NCBI GenBank assembly: GCA_027923505.1
Contig: BROI01000011.1
Coordinates: forward strand, 124,001 to 188,000
Length of the DNA stretch: 64,000 bases
Reading direction: 5' to 3'
Origin: Mayamaea pseudoterrestris
Taxonomy: Eukaryota
The translations under genes were made by a program, and so were the position numbers. How positions within the stretch are numbered: position 1 is the stretch's first letter; each line of letters opens with the position of its first letter. Below the pieces are notes generated by a model, which was not told the origin of the DNA, did no database searches, and saw only the letters and a program-made list of their open reading frames with translations. Shown here piece by piece: positions 61,570 through 64,000 of this stretch.

Positions 61570-62360
61570 AATGCTAAAGAGCATGCATGGGATTCTTGCT
61601 GAAGCAGGCAAGTTGTACAAAGTCATTTCCTTGTTGCTAAATACTCATAAACTTATTCCCAGAAAAAGTAGCCTTGAGGCCTGTCAAACAACAGCTCTGA
61701 GCTTGACTATGGGAAATTTTTGTGGAGAGCATGAACATCTTGCACGAGAACCATGATAGAGCAGCTATGTCTTGCAAGATCACTTCCTTGTTGCATGAGA
61801 CTGGCTCTTTGATTCCCGGAATGAGTGTCTGTAGCCTTGGAGCCAACAACCCACTGCTCGGAGCTTGACCATATTTCAACTTTGTGGAGCACATTAAGAG
61901 CATGCTTGAGATCCTTGTTGGAGCAGCAAAGTTTTTGCAAGGTCACTTTCATGTTGCATGAGACTGATTTTTTGACTCCCGGAATGAGTGTCTGTGGCCT
62001 TGGAGCCTGCCAGACCACTGCGCTGAGCTTGATCATAGATCAACTTTGTGGAGCACATTACATCATGCATGAGAACCATGATAAAGCAGCTATATCTTGC
62101 AAGGACACTTCCTTGTTGCATGAGACTGACTTGTTGATTCCTGGAATGAGTGTCTGTAGCCTTGGAACCTGCCAGACCACTGTGCTGAGCTTGATCATGG
62201 ATTAACATTGTGGAGCGCATTTACCGCATGCGTGTGATTCTTGTTACAGCAGCCAAGTCTTGTAAGGTCACATTCATGTTGCATGAGACAGATCTTTTCA
62301 TTCCCAGAATTGTTGTCTGTAGCCTTGGAGCCAGCCATGCCATGGCGCTGAGCTTTATCA
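61570..62360 (+). repeat. Diverged satellite C: ~163-bp monomer (alternating A/B, ~325-bp dimer), ~4.5 copies
   Basis: TTGCATGAGAC at 61791, 61954, 62116 and 62279. Confidence 0.9.
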
Positions 62361-62361
62361 T

Positions 62362-64000
62362 AACTCCGCACATTCAACAAGTGGTTGAATGTGCCAGCGT
62401 TGCACCCTTTTTGGCTACAAGAACCAGCAGTGTTGCCAGTTGTGCCCTCCCATCCATTTCAGTTCATGTTTGGTATCATGATGGGTCAATGTTTATGTCA
62501 GTTGCACCCATTCCAGTCTCCACCACCATGTATGCCATGGTGAGACTCAGCAGGTTGTTGGATCTGCTAGCAGTGCACCTCAAGTGGCACTTCAGACTGC
62601 CAGAATGACTTGACAAATCTGGAATACAAAGAGAATACGTTTTTCATATTGATTGGGACCCACAGACTTGTCAGTTTGGGTGTGGAAGCCAACACTTTGC
62701 CCTGAGATTCCACACATTCAACAAGTGGTTGAATGTGCCAGCGGTGCACCCTTTTTGGCCACAAGAACCATCAGTGTTGCCAGTTGAGCCCTCCAATCCA
62801 TTTCAATTCATGTTTGGTGTCATGATGGGCCAATGCTTAGGTCAGTTGCATCCATTCCAGTCTCCACCACCATGTATGCCATGGTGAGACTCAGCAGGTT
62901 GTTGGATCTGCTAGCAGTGCACCTCAAGTGGCACTTCAGACTGCCAGAATGGCCTGACAACTCTGGAATACAAAGAAAAACGTTTTTATATTGATTGAGA
63001 CTCATAGACTTGTCAGTTTGGGTGTGGAAACCAACACTTTGCCCTGAGACTCCGCACATTCAACAAGTGGTTGAATGTGCCAGTGGTGCACCCTTTTTGG
63101 CCACAAGAACCAACAGTGTTGCCAGTTGAGCCCTCCAATTCATTTTATTTCATGTTTGGTGTCATGATGGGCCAATGCTTAGGTCAGTCACACCCATTCC
63201 AGTCTCCACCACCATGTATGCCATTGTGAGACTCAGCAGGTTGTTGGATCTGCTAGCAGTGCACCTCAAGTGGCACTTCAGACTGCCAGAATGGCCTGCC
63301 AATTTTGGAATACAAAGAGAATACGTTTTTATATTGATTGGGACTCATAGACTTGTCAGTTTGGGTGTGGAAGCCAACTTTTTGCCCTGAGACTCCGCAC
63401 ATTCAACAAGTGGTTGAATGTGCCAGCGGTGCACCCTTTTTGGCCACAAGAACCATCAGTGTTGCCAGATGAGCCCTCCAATCCATTTCTTTTGATGTTT
63501 GGTGTCATGATGGGCCAATGCTTAGATCAGTTGCATCCATTCCAGTCTCCACCACCATGTATGCCATGGTGAGACTCTGCAGGTTGTTGGATCTGCTAGC
63601 AGTGCACCTCATGTGGCACTTCAGACTGCCAGAATGGCCTGCCAAATCTGGAATACAAAGAGAATACGTTTTTTATATTGATTGGGACCCACAGACTTGT
63701 CAGTTTGGGTGTGGAAGCCAACACTTTGCCCTGAGATTCCACACATTCAACAAGTGGTTGAATGTGCCAGCGGTGCACCCTTTTTGGCCACAAGAACCAT
63801 CAGTGTTGCCAGTTGAGCCCTCCAATCCATTTCAATTCATGTTTGGTGTCATGATGGGCCAATGCTTAGGTCAGTTGCATCCATTCCAGTCTCCACCACC
63901 ATGTATGCCATGGTGAGACTCAGCAGGTTGTTGGATCTGCTAGCAGTGCACCTCAAGTGGCACTTCAGACTGCCAGAATGGCCTGACAACTCTGGAATAC
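62362..64000 (+). repeat. Satellite array D: ~343-bp unit, at least 4.7 copies, runs off the window
   Basis: CATTCAACAAGTGG at 62371, 62715, 63057, 63400 and 63744. Confidence 0.97.

Noticed and set aside
1..64000. Autonomous transposon or viral genes
   Set aside because: No transposase, reverse transcriptase, integrase, Rep/helicase or capsid motifs recognised in the ORF track.

Overview
Eukaryotic, gene-dense sequence that looks like a diatom or other stramenopile (inference from short GT-AG introns, signal peptide plus ASAF-like plastid leaders, and diatom-type LRR and SAP proteins). About 17 ordinary genes lie in two clusters (1-14.7 kb and 44.6-61.4 kb), plus a globin on a small island. 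Roughly 45% of the window is satellite DNA from five sequence-distinct families: 169 bp x ~95, 511 bp x ~20, 343 bp x >4, ~163 bp x ~4.5 and ~174 bp x 2. All resolve to a ~160-178 bp basic period: the 511 unit is a cryptic trimer and the 343 unit a cryptic dimer. The three large arrays are CpG-depleted and carry palindromes. The 169-bp family shows signs of mobility. Its 16-kb array is bracketed by an inverted terminal copy sharing private variants with the left end, and a two-monomer copy sits inside an LRR gene whose halves stay in one reading frame. All alignments and counts were done by eye.
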